Shown here in pieces: positions 19,412 through 29,923 of a stretch of DNA of 64,000 nt (position 1 is its first letter; each line of letters starts with the position of its first letter). The notes beneath the pieces are model-generated. The model was not told where the DNA came from. It did not search any database and worked only from the letters and a program-made list of their open reading frames with translations. Position numbers and translations under genes: made by a program. Origin of the DNA: Candidatus Woesearchaeota archaeon (GTDB lineage Archaea > Nanobdellota > Nanobdellia > Woesearchaeales > WAPY01); contig JBNAUL010000002.1 in NCBI GenBank assembly GCA_049700835.1, positions 334,275 through 398,274 on the forward strand, written 5' to 3'.

Positions 19412-21763
19412 TCAAGGTTCTGGATCATAATTCCAATTGCATGCTTTGTTTGTCTTGAACCAATAACCAATTCCTGGATTGATTTTTTTAAGATTATCAT
19501 AACTCCACCAATAATGCGGAGGATTTTGAGGATAGTATGTTGCAATCATATAGCTCCCATCTTGCTTTCTTTTCATAACTTCCAAAACGCTGTAGTCAGC
19601 AGGCGTTTGAACTATGATGTCCCATAAGTTATAATCGTAGAGAGATGTCAAACCAACCAAATTCATTCCTGAGTTTAATAGTTTATTTTGCGTTTGGGTT
19701 GCAACTGCTCCTGTTATCGTGAAATTAACATTGTATTTTGACTTGAACCAATATCCAGTCCCATTTTCCATGGAGTAAAAATCTGTTGAACTCCACCAGT
19801 AGTTTGGAGGATTCTCAATGTAAAAAGTTGCTATGTCATACTCTCCTAAATTTTTTCTCCTCATAACCTCTGATATTGGATTATAACTCGGGCTCTGATG
19901 CATAATCTTGAATATTGAATTGTTGAAAGGGATTAAAGGTAATGAAACAAGATTCATCCCCTGATTTAATTCAAGATCAAACTTTCCAAATCTGAATGTG
20001 TTGTTATCTTCGTTTCCAGAGGAATCAACGCTCCTCACAATGTAAAATCTCCTTCTGACAAAACCTGCTGTCGTATCTGTATAGTTTAATGCTATTACAG
20101 ATGCATTTGGGTGCAAGAAATCAAAACTGCTTAACTCTGCATAAGGATTATCGCTTATGTAAATATTATAGTAACTTGGTTTTTCTCCTGATGGTTCATC
20201 CCACAAAATTATTATAGAATTTCCATCTAACCACTCTGCTCTAAGGTTCAATGGCATATTTGGAGGAGTGTTGTCTGATTTCCCAACAGTAAAGTTCTTT
20301 GTTGAGGTTGTTGCATTGTTGTTTGCTTTATCCTTGACAAAAATATAGTACTCAACAAAATCATTTGAATTAAAACTTCCAATGTTGACATTCCATGAAG
20401 GGCTCATTGTTGCTGAATTCCAAGCTCCATAATTTACTCTGTAATACGCCTTGACTTCTTCAAAGTTTAACTCGTTAATTTCTGCATTGATTGAAACCAA
20501 ATCTAGTTCTGTTGGGTTTTGCGGAGAATGATAAAAATCAACTACGATTGGCATCGTAGTATCAATGAAGAAATTCACAACCTTACTTTTTGCATTTCCA
20601 AACTCGTCCATGCAATAAACGATTAAATTGTTGCTTCCTTCAATTCCACTAATCATTGTGCTCCAATAAGTCCCATTTCCAGGAATGCTTTGGTTTGCAG
20701 CTCTGTTCAATGAATAAGAGCAGGCATAGGCAAAATCTGAATTCACAATCAGCTGAACCTGAGAAGATGGATAATATTTTTGCTCCTCAGGTGATAAAAC
20801 TGAGAGGTTTGGGGCTATTGTATCAACTGAAAAACTTACGCTTACAGAAGCGCTGTTGTTTTCATAATCATAACATTCTATTGTTAAATAATGCGGACCC
20901 TCGCTCACAGCAACATAGTAAGGAGCTGTTATCATCTGTTTTGATGATGAATCCAAAGAATAGTAGCAGGTTGCGGGTTCTGAAAGCGTGAAATTTATCA
21001 AGATGTTATTTGTAGTGTAGGTTTTGCTCACAGGGCTTAACAATGTTATTACAGGAGGAATTTCATCCCTCACAAGCCACAACAAACTCCTCTTGAACAA
21101 TTCCCTTGAATTATTTGTCCAGTATTCTGTTTCTGGAATTCCAAAGAAAACTCCTTTTGCGTTTGAATAATAACCGTCTCTTAATCTTGTTCCAGGAACA
21201 GCAGTTATTATTATGCCGTCGTTGTCATTGTTTAATGTTGATGTTATAACTGATAGATATCCTGATTTGTCAAATCTTGAAAGATAGTATGCTGGTATTC
21301 CAACTGTTGAGGATCCATAGCAACATTTTGTGTAAATCTGTATGGGGCTTGTGAAGTTCTTGACAATGTAGTGTGAAAAGTTTATTATGTTAGTGGTTAG
21401 TGGGTAGTTGGAAACTATGACTGATGACTTTTTGCTCCAGTGCCATGCATCAAGATGATACGAATTCAAGATTAGAGTTGATATGTTGTTTACAGGTATC
21501 TTTGCATAGTTAGTAAAGTATGTATCAGCAACTATTATTGCATCATACTTTGAAAAGTTTGCAGTCGGAATTTGAGAGTCAATTATTATATCATAATTAA
21601 AGCCCAATTCGTTCAATACATTGATGTGTTCTGTTTTCACAGCAGATTCGTATACAACAACATATCCTATATTAACTGCATGCGCTGAATTTATAAAAAA
21701 CAGGGTAAGGCAAAATAAGATAAAAAACTTGTTTGAATTAAAAATTCCTTTTTTATTTTTCAT
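19412..21763 (-). CDS. Secreted Ig-like/FN3 protein with duplicated GMNLV...GYWFK C-terminal module
   Basis: Signal peptide; DEIPPVITLLSP and DTIAPNLSVLSP Ig repeats; FN3 IILWDEP; C-terminus paralogous to that of 17083..19305. Confidence 0.8.
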   Translation of the reverse strand: MKNKKGIFNSNKFFILFCLTLFFINSAHAVNIGYVVVYESAVKTEHINVLNELGFNYDIIIDSQIPTANFSKYDAIIVADTYFTNYAKIPVNNISTLILNSYHLDAWHWSKKSSVIVSNYPLTTNIINFSHYIVKNFTSPIQIYTKCCYGSSTVGIPAYYLSRFDKSGYLSVITSTLNNDNDGIIITAVPGTRLRDGYYSNAKGVFFGIPETEYWTNNSRELFKRSLLWLVRDEIPPVITLLSPVSKTYTTNNILINFTLSEPATCYYSLDSSSKQMITAPYYVAVSEGPHYLTIECYDYENNSASVSVSFSVDTIAPNLSVLSPEEQKYYPSSQVQLIVNSDFAYACSYSLNRAANQSIPGNGTYWSTMISGIEGSNNLIVYCMDEFGNAKSKVVNFFIDTTMPIVVDFYHSPQNPTELDLVSINAEINELNFEEVKAYYRVNYGAWNSATMSPSWNVNIGSFNSNDFVEYYIFVKDKANNNATTSTKNFTVGKSDNTPPNMPLNLRAEWLDGNSIIILWDEPSGEKPSYYNIYISDNPYAELSSFDFLHPNASVIALNYTDTTAGFVRRRFYIVRSVDSSGNEDNNTFRFGKFDLELNQGMNLVSLPLIPFNNSIFKIMHQSPSYNPISEVMRRKNLGEYDIATFYIENPPNYWWSSTDFYSMENGTGYWFKSKYNVNFTITGAVATQTQNKLLNSGMNLVGLTSLYDYNLWDIIVQTPADYSVLEVMKRKQDGSYMIATYYPQNPPHYWWSYDNLKKINPGIGYWFKTNKACNWNYDPEP

Positions 21764-21776
21764 TTTTGCACCCCAC

Positions 21777-22487
21777 TCATTTGCTCCTCACTTTAAGGAA
21801 TAGAAAAACCCCTATTCCCACTATGATGATTATTATTAGGATGCCAACCAAAGGGTTTGTTCCTCTTGAAACAATCTCTGCTGTTGTATTAGGAGAAGCT
21901 CCTGTCTGGCCTGATGTTTGGCCTGACACTTGGCCTGACAAGTTATCAGTATTTGCTTGGTTTGGTTTCTCATTCTGGTTCTCTGCAGGGGTTTCAGTTT
22001 TTGTAGGTGAAGAAGTTGGCTTTGGCTTTGCACCCTTTGCGCCAATTGTTCCTGTGTAGTTCTCTCCGTAAGCAATAACCACTATTCCTGCTGCCAGCCC
22101 GACCTGTTCCTCGCTTGTGGAATTCAAAGGTTTTCCCCTGAACGAAACGAGTAGTTTTCCGTCGTGAAGCCCAACGCTCGTGACTGTAAGCTTAAAACTC
22201 ACATCCCTTGATTCGTTTGGCATCAACTTGAATCTTGTTTCGCTCAGCTCTGCATTCAAACTGTTCAAAACATCGTCTGGCTGCACTTCAACAAGGGTCT
22301 CGTAATCGTTGTTGTTTGTTATTCTTATTGAATTCTCCAAGAAACCTGGGTTTTCCTTTGTGACATTAACTCTTAAAACCATTCTTGGATTGGCGATTGA
22401 TGCTGTAATCGCATTAGTTGTCAATGCGCTAATTAAAGCAAAAAAGAGCGCTGTAAAGATAAATGTCCTGAAATCTGTTTTTTTCAT
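21777..22487 (-). CDS. Membrane-anchored secreted protein with P/T/Q-rich linker and C-terminal TM helix
   Basis: N-terminal signal peptide, Ig-like domain, KPKPTSSPTKTETP linker, 12-bp repeats at 21907-21940 (SGQV SGQT SGQT), LVGILIIIIIVGIGVFLFL then KVRSK. Confidence 0.75.
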   Translation of the reverse strand: MKKTDFRTFIFTALFFALISALTTNAITASIANPRMVLRVNVTKENPGFLENSIRITNNNDYETLVEVQPDDVLNSLNAELSETRFKLMPNESRDVSFKLTVTSVGLHDGKLLVSFRGKPLNSTSEEQVGLAAGIVVIAYGENYTGTIGAKGAKPKPTSSPTKTETPAENQNEKPNQANTDNLSGQVSGQTSGQTGASPNTTAEIVSRGTNPLVGILIIIIIVGIGVFLFLKVRSK

Positions 22488-22950
22488 TTTATATCCCCCT
22501 TAAACGAAATTTTTTACGATTCTATTCCAATTTTTTGCATTCCTGTTTTTGGATTTTGAGCTTCATGCATTTTTTATCGTGCAACATCATTAATTTAATC
22601 TTTATCATTGATGCATTATCAATCAGCGATGCAGCATCTTTCTGCGATTTTAGTATTCATTATGCTGCATTTACTTTCATATTTGCTGCATTTACTTTCA
22701 TATTCGCTTTTCATTCTCAAGTTTTCATTTTCAAGCATTCACATACGTATCTGGAAAAATTAAAATTACTTAAAAGTAACTTCTTTATATTATCACTTTT
22801 GAATAGATAAAACCAAACAATATTTAAATATTGTTGTGATGAAGTTTAGAAATTTTTTTAAATAAAAATGCTAAATTTTGTAACAACCAATAAGTTACAT
22901 ATTGATATTTGTTAACAATAGGTGGTGAAAATTGCAAATTTTTGGAAATG

Positions 22951-25401
22951 CTATTTCAGAAAGCTTCCGAGTTTGCTCTGAGATTTTTCCTCTAAGAATT
23001 CATCTGCATTGTAGCCAAGAACCTCAAATATCTTTTCAACGCTTGGAATGACTTGGTTTTTTATATAATAATTGGAGTCATAAGAACCCTCAGGGCATTC
23101 CTCAGGAATCACCACTCTTGAACTTATCTTACCTTCTCCTGAGACAACTATATAACTAATTATTGAGCCTGGTTTTACAACCTTTCCCTTCTCCTTCATT
23201 TTCTTAGCAATTGCAACATGAGGACCTATTGAAGCGTAATCCGCAGCACGTTTCTGAATTTGGGTGTGGATGACAAGCATTTCATTCTTTATTTTTTTCT
23301 TTCTCAAATCTTCAATTACGCTCTTTACATAACTTGCTGCCTTTTGCACATCGTTGTCTCTTAAAATCATCTCAAGTACTTTGCTTTGAACCTCCTTACC
23401 TATGCTGCTCCAGTTCCTTCTCACTATTTCAAAACCTATAACCTTAAGATTGTTTTTCTCGTCAAGAAGAGCGTATTTCTTCTTGGCTCCGTATTGCGAG
23501 AGTTTGGCAGAAACAAAGATTCCCTTCGGATAAAAACCCTGAAATTCCAGTTCCATGAGTTTTGGAAGCTCCAAATTAACTTTTGAAGCAAAGAGCTCTG
23601 CTTCTTCCATTGTTTTTGAGCCCAAACTTATGAATATTGAGTCAGTATCTGAATATATTACCTTGAAATCGTTTTTCTCAGCAGCTTTTATAACGCTCTG
23701 AATGTAGTGCCTGCCGTAAGCTGTTATGCTCTCAGCACACTCCAAACAATACCATCTTGCCATAAAGAACCCGAGATATCCATACATGGAATTTGCTATT
23801 GTCTTCAAAACTTGCGAGCGTGCTTTCAGTATTCTTATTGAGATTTCCTTTTTCAGAAATTCTTCATTTTTGTTATTTTCCGTGTTATCTTGCTTAATCT
23901 CTTTCAAACTTGTTTTAATCAACTCATTTATGGTAATCCTTCGCTTTATGATTTCCTCTATGACTGATGAGATAAAACCCTTTCTGTGTCTGCAGAACCA
24001 ATATCCTGTCTCCGGAACCTTGTTTTCAATGCAACAGTCGCAGTTTAGCGTGTCTGGAGAAATGTTGTGAGAGCTTATTATGCTCGGATACAAACTCCTA
24101 AAATCAAATATAACTATGTTGCTGTAAATGCCTGGTTCTGGCTTGAATACAAATGCGCCTTTATAGCTCTTTCTTTTTCTGATAAAAATCTCTTCTGAGT
24201 TCGGCTTGTTTGGTATGACTTGATTGAAATCAGGAGCCCTTCTCATCAGGTATGCCTCAACTATTTGAGAATAACTCATCCGCGTAATCTCAAATGGAGT
24301 TAAACCCACGAGTTTCACCAACTCAAGGATGTTCTGAAGCAAGCTGTTGAAAATCATGAACACGAGTTCTGAATCCCTAAGATTGTAAATTGAGTATTCC
24401 TCTAAATTTGAATTTTTGTCCCATGCTTCTGTAAGATTTTCTATTTTAATATCGCTCTTTTCCTCTCCGAGGAGTTCTTTTGCGACTGAATTTAGATCAT
24501 AACTCTCAATCTGCATTGTCCTACTGACATAGTTCCTTATGAATTTGAACAGGTCGATGTGCTGAATTCCTTTTATCTTGCAAGAGGTTGCCGCTGCTCT
24601 CTTTACTTTGAGTTCAGAATAATCAATTCCAATGTTCAGTTTTATATTGTTGATATTGGCTCTCTCCTTTATATAGGGAAGGTCAAAATTGTCAGAGGAG
24701 TATCCAACCAAAAAATCCGGCTGCAACTCTTCTAAGATTTCCTTGAACCTTTCAATGAGCTTTGCCTCGCTCTCAACGAACTCTATGAAGTCCTGTTTTG
24801 TCTCAAACTCCTTCCATGTTATTACCTTCTTGAATCCTTTGCTATAAAAGCTTATCATTAGAATGGGATTTTTGCTTGGTGACATATCAGCTCCGTAGGT
24901 TTCTATGTCAAAAGCAAGGATTTTTGGGTTTGAAATAAGTTCAGTGGATGTTTGGTTTATGTTTAAGATTTTATAGACAGGAACTCTTGCTCTCTCGTTC
25001 AGGATTTCTGCCTCGCACTCGTACAATGTCAATGGGATTATTTTCTTTTCAATCACGTATTTTCTTACAAAGGATATGTCGTATTCGTAGCACTTAATGC
25101 CCAAATCCGTTAGGGCGTTCTTTACCTGTTTTAAATGCTTATGCGATCTTAACTCAACCTTTATGAAATCAGCGCTCTCCTTTATCAGGTTCTTCTTCTC
25201 GACATTTGCCCTTAAAACCCTTATCCCGTTGAAATCCATATTCATTATTTCTGAACTCGTGATTTTTCCTGAGACATAGAAATAAGGAAAGGATGAATTG
25301 TCTGTAAGCAGAATTTTGTTTCCCTCAGCAGTTTTTCCAACTATTAGTATTTCATTGTCGTTTCTAAGCGCAAAATCCAATGGGTAAAATTCAAGCTTCA
25401 T
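22951..25401 (-). CDS. polB: Family B DNA polymerase, no intein
   Basis: Exo motifs FDIET and FDLPY; DFRSLYPS, KTIANSMYGY, YSDTDS, KKKYA; C-terminal PIP box QSKLGSF. Confidence 0.97.
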   Translation of the reverse strand: MKLEFYPLDFALRNDNEILIVGKTAEGNKILLTDNSSFPYFYVSGKITSSEIMNMDFNGIRVLRANVEKKNLIKESADFIKVELRSHKHLKQVKNALTDLGIKCYEYDISFVRKYVIEKKIIPLTLYECEAEILNERARVPVYKILNINQTSTELISNPKILAFDIETYGADMSPSKNPILMISFYSKGFKKVITWKEFETKQDFIEFVESEAKLIERFKEILEELQPDFLVGYSSDNFDLPYIKERANINNIKLNIGIDYSELKVKRAAATSCKIKGIQHIDLFKFIRNYVSRTMQIESYDLNSVAKELLGEEKSDIKIENLTEAWDKNSNLEEYSIYNLRDSELVFMIFNSLLQNILELVKLVGLTPFEITRMSYSQIVEAYLMRRAPDFNQVIPNKPNSEEIFIRKRKSYKGAFVFKPEPGIYSNIVIFDFRSLYPSIISSHNISPDTLNCDCCIENKVPETGYWFCRHRKGFISSVIEEIIKRRITINELIKTSLKEIKQDNTENNKNEEFLKKEISIRILKARSQVLKTIANSMYGYLGFFMARWYCLECAESITAYGRHYIQSVIKAAEKNDFKVIYSDTDSIFISLGSKTMEEAELFASKVNLELPKLMELEFQGFYPKGIFVSAKLSQYGAKKKYALLDEKNNLKVIGFEIVRRNWSSIGKEVQSKVLEMILRDNDVQKAASYVKSVIEDLRKKKIKNEMLVIHTQIQKRAADYASIGPHVAIAKKMKEKGKVVKPGSIISYIVVSGEGKISSRVVIPEECPEGSYDSNYYIKNQVIPSVEKIFEVLGYNADEFLEEKSQSKLGSFLK

Positions 25402-25539
25402 TATGCAATGGTAATTCTTTTTTTATTATAAATCTTATTAAAAAAAGAGAAAAATTTTAATATTTGACAATACTAATGGCAAATTTAGTTTTAATTATTT
25501 TAAAGTAAATATTTTAAAACAAAAAGCTGGGGGGTCTAA

Positions 25540-26982
25540 ATGGACATAACATCCTATGTTAAGGATAATCTGCAGGAAGAACTTTCAAAGAACAAAGAAT
25601 ATCTTGAAATAGTTTTTATGGAAATGGTTAACTATACTAAGGAATTCCTTCAAATTAAAGAAAAAAAACTAATAGAAGGCGAATTAACGCTGGAAGAAAG
25701 AATTCTTAACAAAAATCCAAATGAAAAATCTGAAAAAAATGAGCTTTTAAACATTATTTCCATTATAAGATTTGAAACAAAAAAAATTGAAGAAATAACT
25801 TTTAATAACATGAATAAATTTTATAATGACAACAAAGAAGCGTTTATCTATCATGACATAAAGGAAATTGATCAAAAACAGATGATTTTTGATGAGTTTA
25901 AAAACATAATAGACGAATATTATATTCCAAATTTAATAATACTAAAAGGATACACTGGCTATGACAAATTTCTAAATTTTGATTTTTCAAAAATAAATTG
26001 GTTCGTTGAGCTCTTTAGGGAAACATTATGGAATCGTGAAGAAACAAAAACAAAATATACTGGAAAGCCTAATCAGCTAGTTGAATTTACCGAAAAGGAC
26101 TATCTTAAAGATTTATGTGAATTTTTTGTTAAGATGATCGAAATAGATTTAAAAAAGAAATTTGAAAATTTTTTTAAAAGCAAATTTGAAAATCCTCAGT
26201 TGAGAGAAAAAATCGTTGATGAATTTATACATTATAATAATATAACAACTGAAGACATCAAACAGCATCTTGAAGGAGAATTAAGTAAACAAAAGCTTCT
26301 TGAGGCTGACGACGAATGTTTAGTTGAAATGTTTAGTGATTCTATGCTAAAAGATTTAAAAATAAATAAATGTGGTCAAGAAAGAGAAATTAAAAATAAG
26401 GAAATTAAGTTAGAAGAAATTTCAGAAAATTTATTCAATAAGCTAAAAGAAGAATACCTGTCAATATTTCTAAGCTTTCTAAGCAGAGAAACAAAACAAA
26501 AAACAGAAAAAAATCAAAACAAAAAAGAGGAAGAAAACAAAAAAGAAGAGGAATACTTCAGAATATTCAAGGAACACAAACTAGAAATTTGTGAACAACA
26601 ACTCGCAAAATTAAAGAATTTCATCACAAACTACCTCGCAGCATGCTTTAAGGAAAACAAGTTGCTAAATTCTAACCAAATGCAAAACTTAGCAGAAGAA
26701 ATAACTTCTTACTTGCAACAAAAAACAATAGAAAGATATAAAACAGCATTGTACCAAACAATAAAACAAGATGAAAAAGAGATGCGAAATGTGCTTTATT
26801 ATGTAATCAGAAAACAAGAAATATTAGAAAAAATCAATCGATTAAAATACAAAGCAATAATTATAGCAAACAATGAAATGAAAGACCATGACTACAAAAA
26901 AATGATAGAACAAAACAAAACAATCCCTCTATACCAACTCTCAATAGACTTCATAAATACAGTGCTAGCAGATGCGCAATAA
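25540..26982 (+). CDS. Hypothetical K/E-rich helical protein
   Basis: 480-aa ORF with GGGGGGT upstream; AT-rich; no motif recognised. Confidence 0.7.
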   Translation: MDITSYVKDNLQEELSKNKEYLEIVFMEMVNYTKEFLQIKEKKLIEGELTLEERILNKNPNEKSEKNELLNIISIIRFETKKIEEITFNNMNKFYNDNKEAFIYHDIKEIDQKQMIFDEFKNIIDEYYIPNLIILKGYTGYDKFLNFDFSKINWFVELFRETLWNREETKTKYTGKPNQLVEFTEKDYLKDLCEFFVKMIEIDLKKKFENFFKSKFENPQLREKIVDEFIHYNNITTEDIKQHLEGELSKQKLLEADDECLVEMFSDSMLKDLKINKCGQEREIKNKEIKLEEISENLFNKLKEEYLSIFLSFLSRETKQKTEKNQNKKEEENKKEEEYFRIFKEHKLEICEQQLAKLKNFITNYLAACFKENKLLNSNQMQNLAEEITSYLQQKTIERYKTALYQTIKQDEKEMRNVLYYVIRKQEILEKINRLKYKAIIIANNEMKDHDYKKMIEQNKTIPLYQLSIDFINTVLADAQ

Positions 26983-27015
26983 AATAAAAAAGAAAAAATC
27001 AAAATTTTACTTAAA

Positions 27016-27735
27016 TTAAACTTTTTTGTAAAACCTGTTAAGTTCCGGCTTCTTTCTTTCCAACCTTTGTTTTTCCATACTTATTTTATCGATTATGTCC
27101 CCTGTAATTGCGTTAAATAAATATCCGTGAAGTTCTTCCTTTGACAGATTATCAACTTCTTGAGAATCAACTATCCTGTCTTTAAATAAGTTAGGATAAT
27201 CTTCTTTTAGTTTAGTTAAATAATTTGTGAAATAATCCCTTGCTTTTTTTTCATTATTTTTATTTTCTAACATTGTCATTAAATCAAGAGAGTGAGTTTT
27301 AAGCATAACATTAAAAAAATTGTTAGCAACTTCTCTTGAAAATTGAGTAATAAAATCAGTGGTTAAACCTCCTGCATCTGACAATGCTTTCTTTATACTA
27401 ATAAAATCAAGTCTAAACTCAGTTAATATGTTATTAATACCTGGATTTTTGAGCATATTTTTTGCAGGGTCTATTTCAAAATCGCTTTCCTTGAAAGTAT
27501 TAGGCAAGTAATAATTAAGAACTAAATAACCGACTTTTTGGTAAATCTTTCCTGCAATAGATGTGAGATCACCTGTTTTTGGGATTTGATCGGATTCTAA
27601 TATTTTTTTAACTTCTTGTTCTAAAGTAATATATGGTTTTAAACTCGCCATAATTCTATTTTCTAAATCTTTATCAAATTCTAATTTCTTAGTATCTTCT
27701 TTTGGAACACCATTTTTATTATTTTGTTCAGCCAT
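27016..27735 (-). CDS. Hypothetical protein
   Basis: ATG 27735 after AGGTGA; no motif recognised. Confidence 0.7.
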   Translation of the reverse strand: MAEQNNKNGVPKEDTKKLEFDKDLENRIMASLKPYITLEQEVKKILESDQIPKTGDLTSIAGKIYQKVGYLVLNYYLPNTFKESDFEIDPAKNMLKNPGINNILTEFRLDFISIKKALSDAGGLTTDFITQFSREVANNFFNVMLKTHSLDLMTMLENKNNEKKARDYFTNYLTKLKEDYPNLFKDRIVDSQEVDNLSKEELHGYLFNAITGDIIDKISMEKQRLERKKPELNRFYKKV

Positions 27736-27867
27736 CTTGATCACCTTTTGGTATTGTTTTTATTGTTTTTATAAATATATTTTATTAATGTGCTCTCTTA
27801 AATTTAGATTGTCTTTTCTTTTTTGATTATTTAAATCTTTTGCTTGTCTTTTTTTGTTTTAATTTTT

Positions 27868-28860
27868 TTATTGTTTTTGTTTATTTTTTAATAGTAAATT
27901 ATATATTTCTATCTCATTATTAGGCAGCTTTGGTTCTTCTTTAGAGAGCCCGAGCTCGTAAAGGACTGATTGTTTATAGTACCTTAAGTTATCATCAAGT
28001 TCTGCTTCATTCTCAAATGTTATTTCCTGCTCAAACGCTATTTTAAGTTTAGGTTTTTCTTTTAACCAAAATTCTAAAGTTATTGCTGCTTTGCCCTCTC
28101 CTGAAATTGGTGTTTCAATTATTTTGTATTTCGCATTTAAAATTTTAGAGAACTCTTCAATTTCAGGGATTTTGCCTTTGTAATAATCTTTGCAATAATT
28201 TTTTATCCATTTGACAAATGTTTCAAAGTCGTGTGTTTCCATCAAAATATTATTTCTTGTTCTTGTTGCAAAATCAAGATAATTCTCTTTTTCCTTTTCC
28301 TTTAAAATTGAATAATCCTTGTAAAGCTTTTTTATTCTTGAATAAAGGTCATTTGCTAATTCTTCTTTAGTTTTATTGTTTTGTTTTTCCTTTGGCCCGT
28401 TAACAATCTTGTAAAAATCATAATTTGCGATTACTCTGATATAGCATTCCCTAAATTCTTTTGTGATATCAAGACCTGTTTTATTTATTATTTTTTCCAA
28501 ACTCTTTTCAGCATATTTCCTTGCTAAATTCTTTATTTGCTCCTTGGCTTCATTGATATTTTTATCATAACAAAAATCATAAATTTTCTCAAAAAAATCG
28601 ATTGTTTCCTTTGGGTTGGTTAATGACAGGAAAAATCCTAAAATCAAACCAGAGTCCTTGGTTTCATAGTATGATTTATCAGGGAAAACTTCCAGAAGTT
28701 TCTCTAATGTTTCCCTTTTGTAATTTTTAATCATGTTTTCTGAGAATCCAAAGTTCTGTTTAGAATAAAATGAGATTAAGTAAGAAAGTTCTCCAAGAAG
28801 TGCATTAATGCTCTTTTCAGGGGTTCCATTGATCTTACCTTGGTTTTTGTTTTCCTCCAT
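27868..28860 (-). CDS. Hypothetical protein
   Basis: 330-aa ORF; TATA-like TTTATATA about 25 nt upstream suggests a leaderless gene. Confidence 0.7.
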   Translation of the reverse strand: MEENKNQGKINGTPEKSINALLGELSYLISFYSKQNFGFSENMIKNYKRETLEKLLEVFPDKSYYETKDSGLILGFFLSLTNPKETIDFFEKIYDFCYDKNINEAKEQIKNLARKYAEKSLEKIINKTGLDITKEFRECYIRVIANYDFYKIVNGPKEKQNNKTKEELANDLYSRIKKLYKDYSILKEKEKENYLDFATRTRNNILMETHDFETFVKWIKNYCKDYYKGKIPEIEEFSKILNAKYKIIETPISGEGKAAITLEFWLKEKPKLKIAFEQEITFENEAELDDNLRYYKQSVLYELGLSKEEPKLPNNEIEIYNLLLKNKQKQ

Positions 28861-28939
28861 GCTTAAAAGAGAGCAAGCAGAAGTATATAAATCTTTCTAT
28901 TTTTATAACTTAGAAGTGACAACCTAACTTAAATTTTTT

Positions 28940-29326
28940 TTATTTTTTCCTTTCAATTAAAACTGCGTTTATAGTGCCGTGTTGTCCTGGCCTTGAGGTT
29001 ATCATTGCTTTGCCAATCTCTGTGTCAATTATTGTTCCTTTTGTCATGATATTCCTTCTTGCATAATGCTTGTTAGCAGGGGTCTCCAAAACAGTTCTTA
29101 TCCTTGCCTTTTGGTATTTCTTGTTTTCATCTAAAACATTTGCGTATTCTGCACTAAGCATTCTAAGTTTCAGATTTCCTCCTCTTGTTCTTACATGCTT
29201 TATCTTTTCTGGGCCCACCTTTGTAAATGCAGGTTCTCTTCCTAAATCAAGCTTTCTCTTCTTTCTTAATTGTTTGTAAGTTCCGCCTGTTAACTTCTTT
29301 CTTGGTCTGAATTGAGACAAAGCCAT
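28940..29326 (-). CDS. rps8e: 30S ribosomal protein S8e
   Basis: [42 protein letters not shown]. Confidence 0.96.
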   Translation of the reverse strand: MALSQFRPRKKLTGGTYKQLRKKRKLDLGREPAFTKVGPEKIKHVRTRGGNLKLRMLSAEYANVLDENKKYQKARIRTVLETPANKHYARRNIMTKGTIIDTEIGKAMITSRPGQHGTINAVLIERKK

Positions 29327-29335
29327 TTTTCCACC

Positions 29336-29506
29336 TTATTTGCCTGGTTTTTTCCAATTGTATTTTCTCAGCTTTGAAGATTTGCCGTAACCGCAATGAC
29401 TGCAAACCCTTTTCTTAACATGATAAGAAATGTGCCCGCATCTCCTGCACCTGATGTGGAGCTTTTTCTTGCCTTTCTTTCCCATCGATGGAGTTCCTTT
29501 TGTCAT
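29336..29506 (-). CDS. rpl37e: 50S ribosomal protein L37e (not in the ORF track)
   Basis: Own translation: [56 protein letters not shown], 56 aa, C2-C2 zinc ribbon. Confidence 0.96.
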   Translation of the reverse strand: MTKGTPSMGKKGKKKLHIRCRRCGHISYHVKKRVCSHCGYGKSSKLRKYNWKKPGK

Positions 29507-29528
29507 AAGCGCTCACCAGAACAATGTT

Positions 29529-29756
29529 TTATTGCGGAGCGATTATTGTTATCGTGTCACCTCTAACAAAAACAACCCCTAACTTTCTTTTTAGTTGACC
29601 GTCAACATACTCCTCTGCATCCTCTATTACCATGTTTATGTGTATGTCAAATGCTTTTAATTTTCCAATGTACTGCTTTCCATTCTTTAATTCAACAATG
29701 ATTCTCTTGTCTCGAGCTTTATTTAAAGCGTCCAATGGTCTTGGTGGTTCTGCCAT
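29529..29756 (-). CDS. Sm-like archaeal protein (SmAP/LSm)
   Basis: RPLDAL, GKLKAFDIHINMV, VFVRGDTI; classical linkage to L37e. Confidence 0.95.
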   Translation of the reverse strand: MAEPPRPLDALNKARDKRIIVELKNGKQYIGKLKAFDIHINMVIEDAEEYVDGQLKRKLGVVFVRGDTITIIAPQ

Positions 29757-29923
29757 TTTTAATACCCCCTGTTTTTGAAATGCTCAAATTTATTCTAAGC
29801 TATTCTACGTTTATTTAAAAAGTTTTCCGTTTGAACATTGCGTTTAGTATTTAAATCTTGCGTTGTTGAACATCAAATAAAAAATCAACGCATTTTTAGT
29901 TTGCATTTATATTTGCATTTATT

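Noticed and set aside
28861..28939. SRP RNA, which is often adjacent to rps8e in archaea
   Set aside because: The spacer is short and AT-rich with no GC-rich helices.
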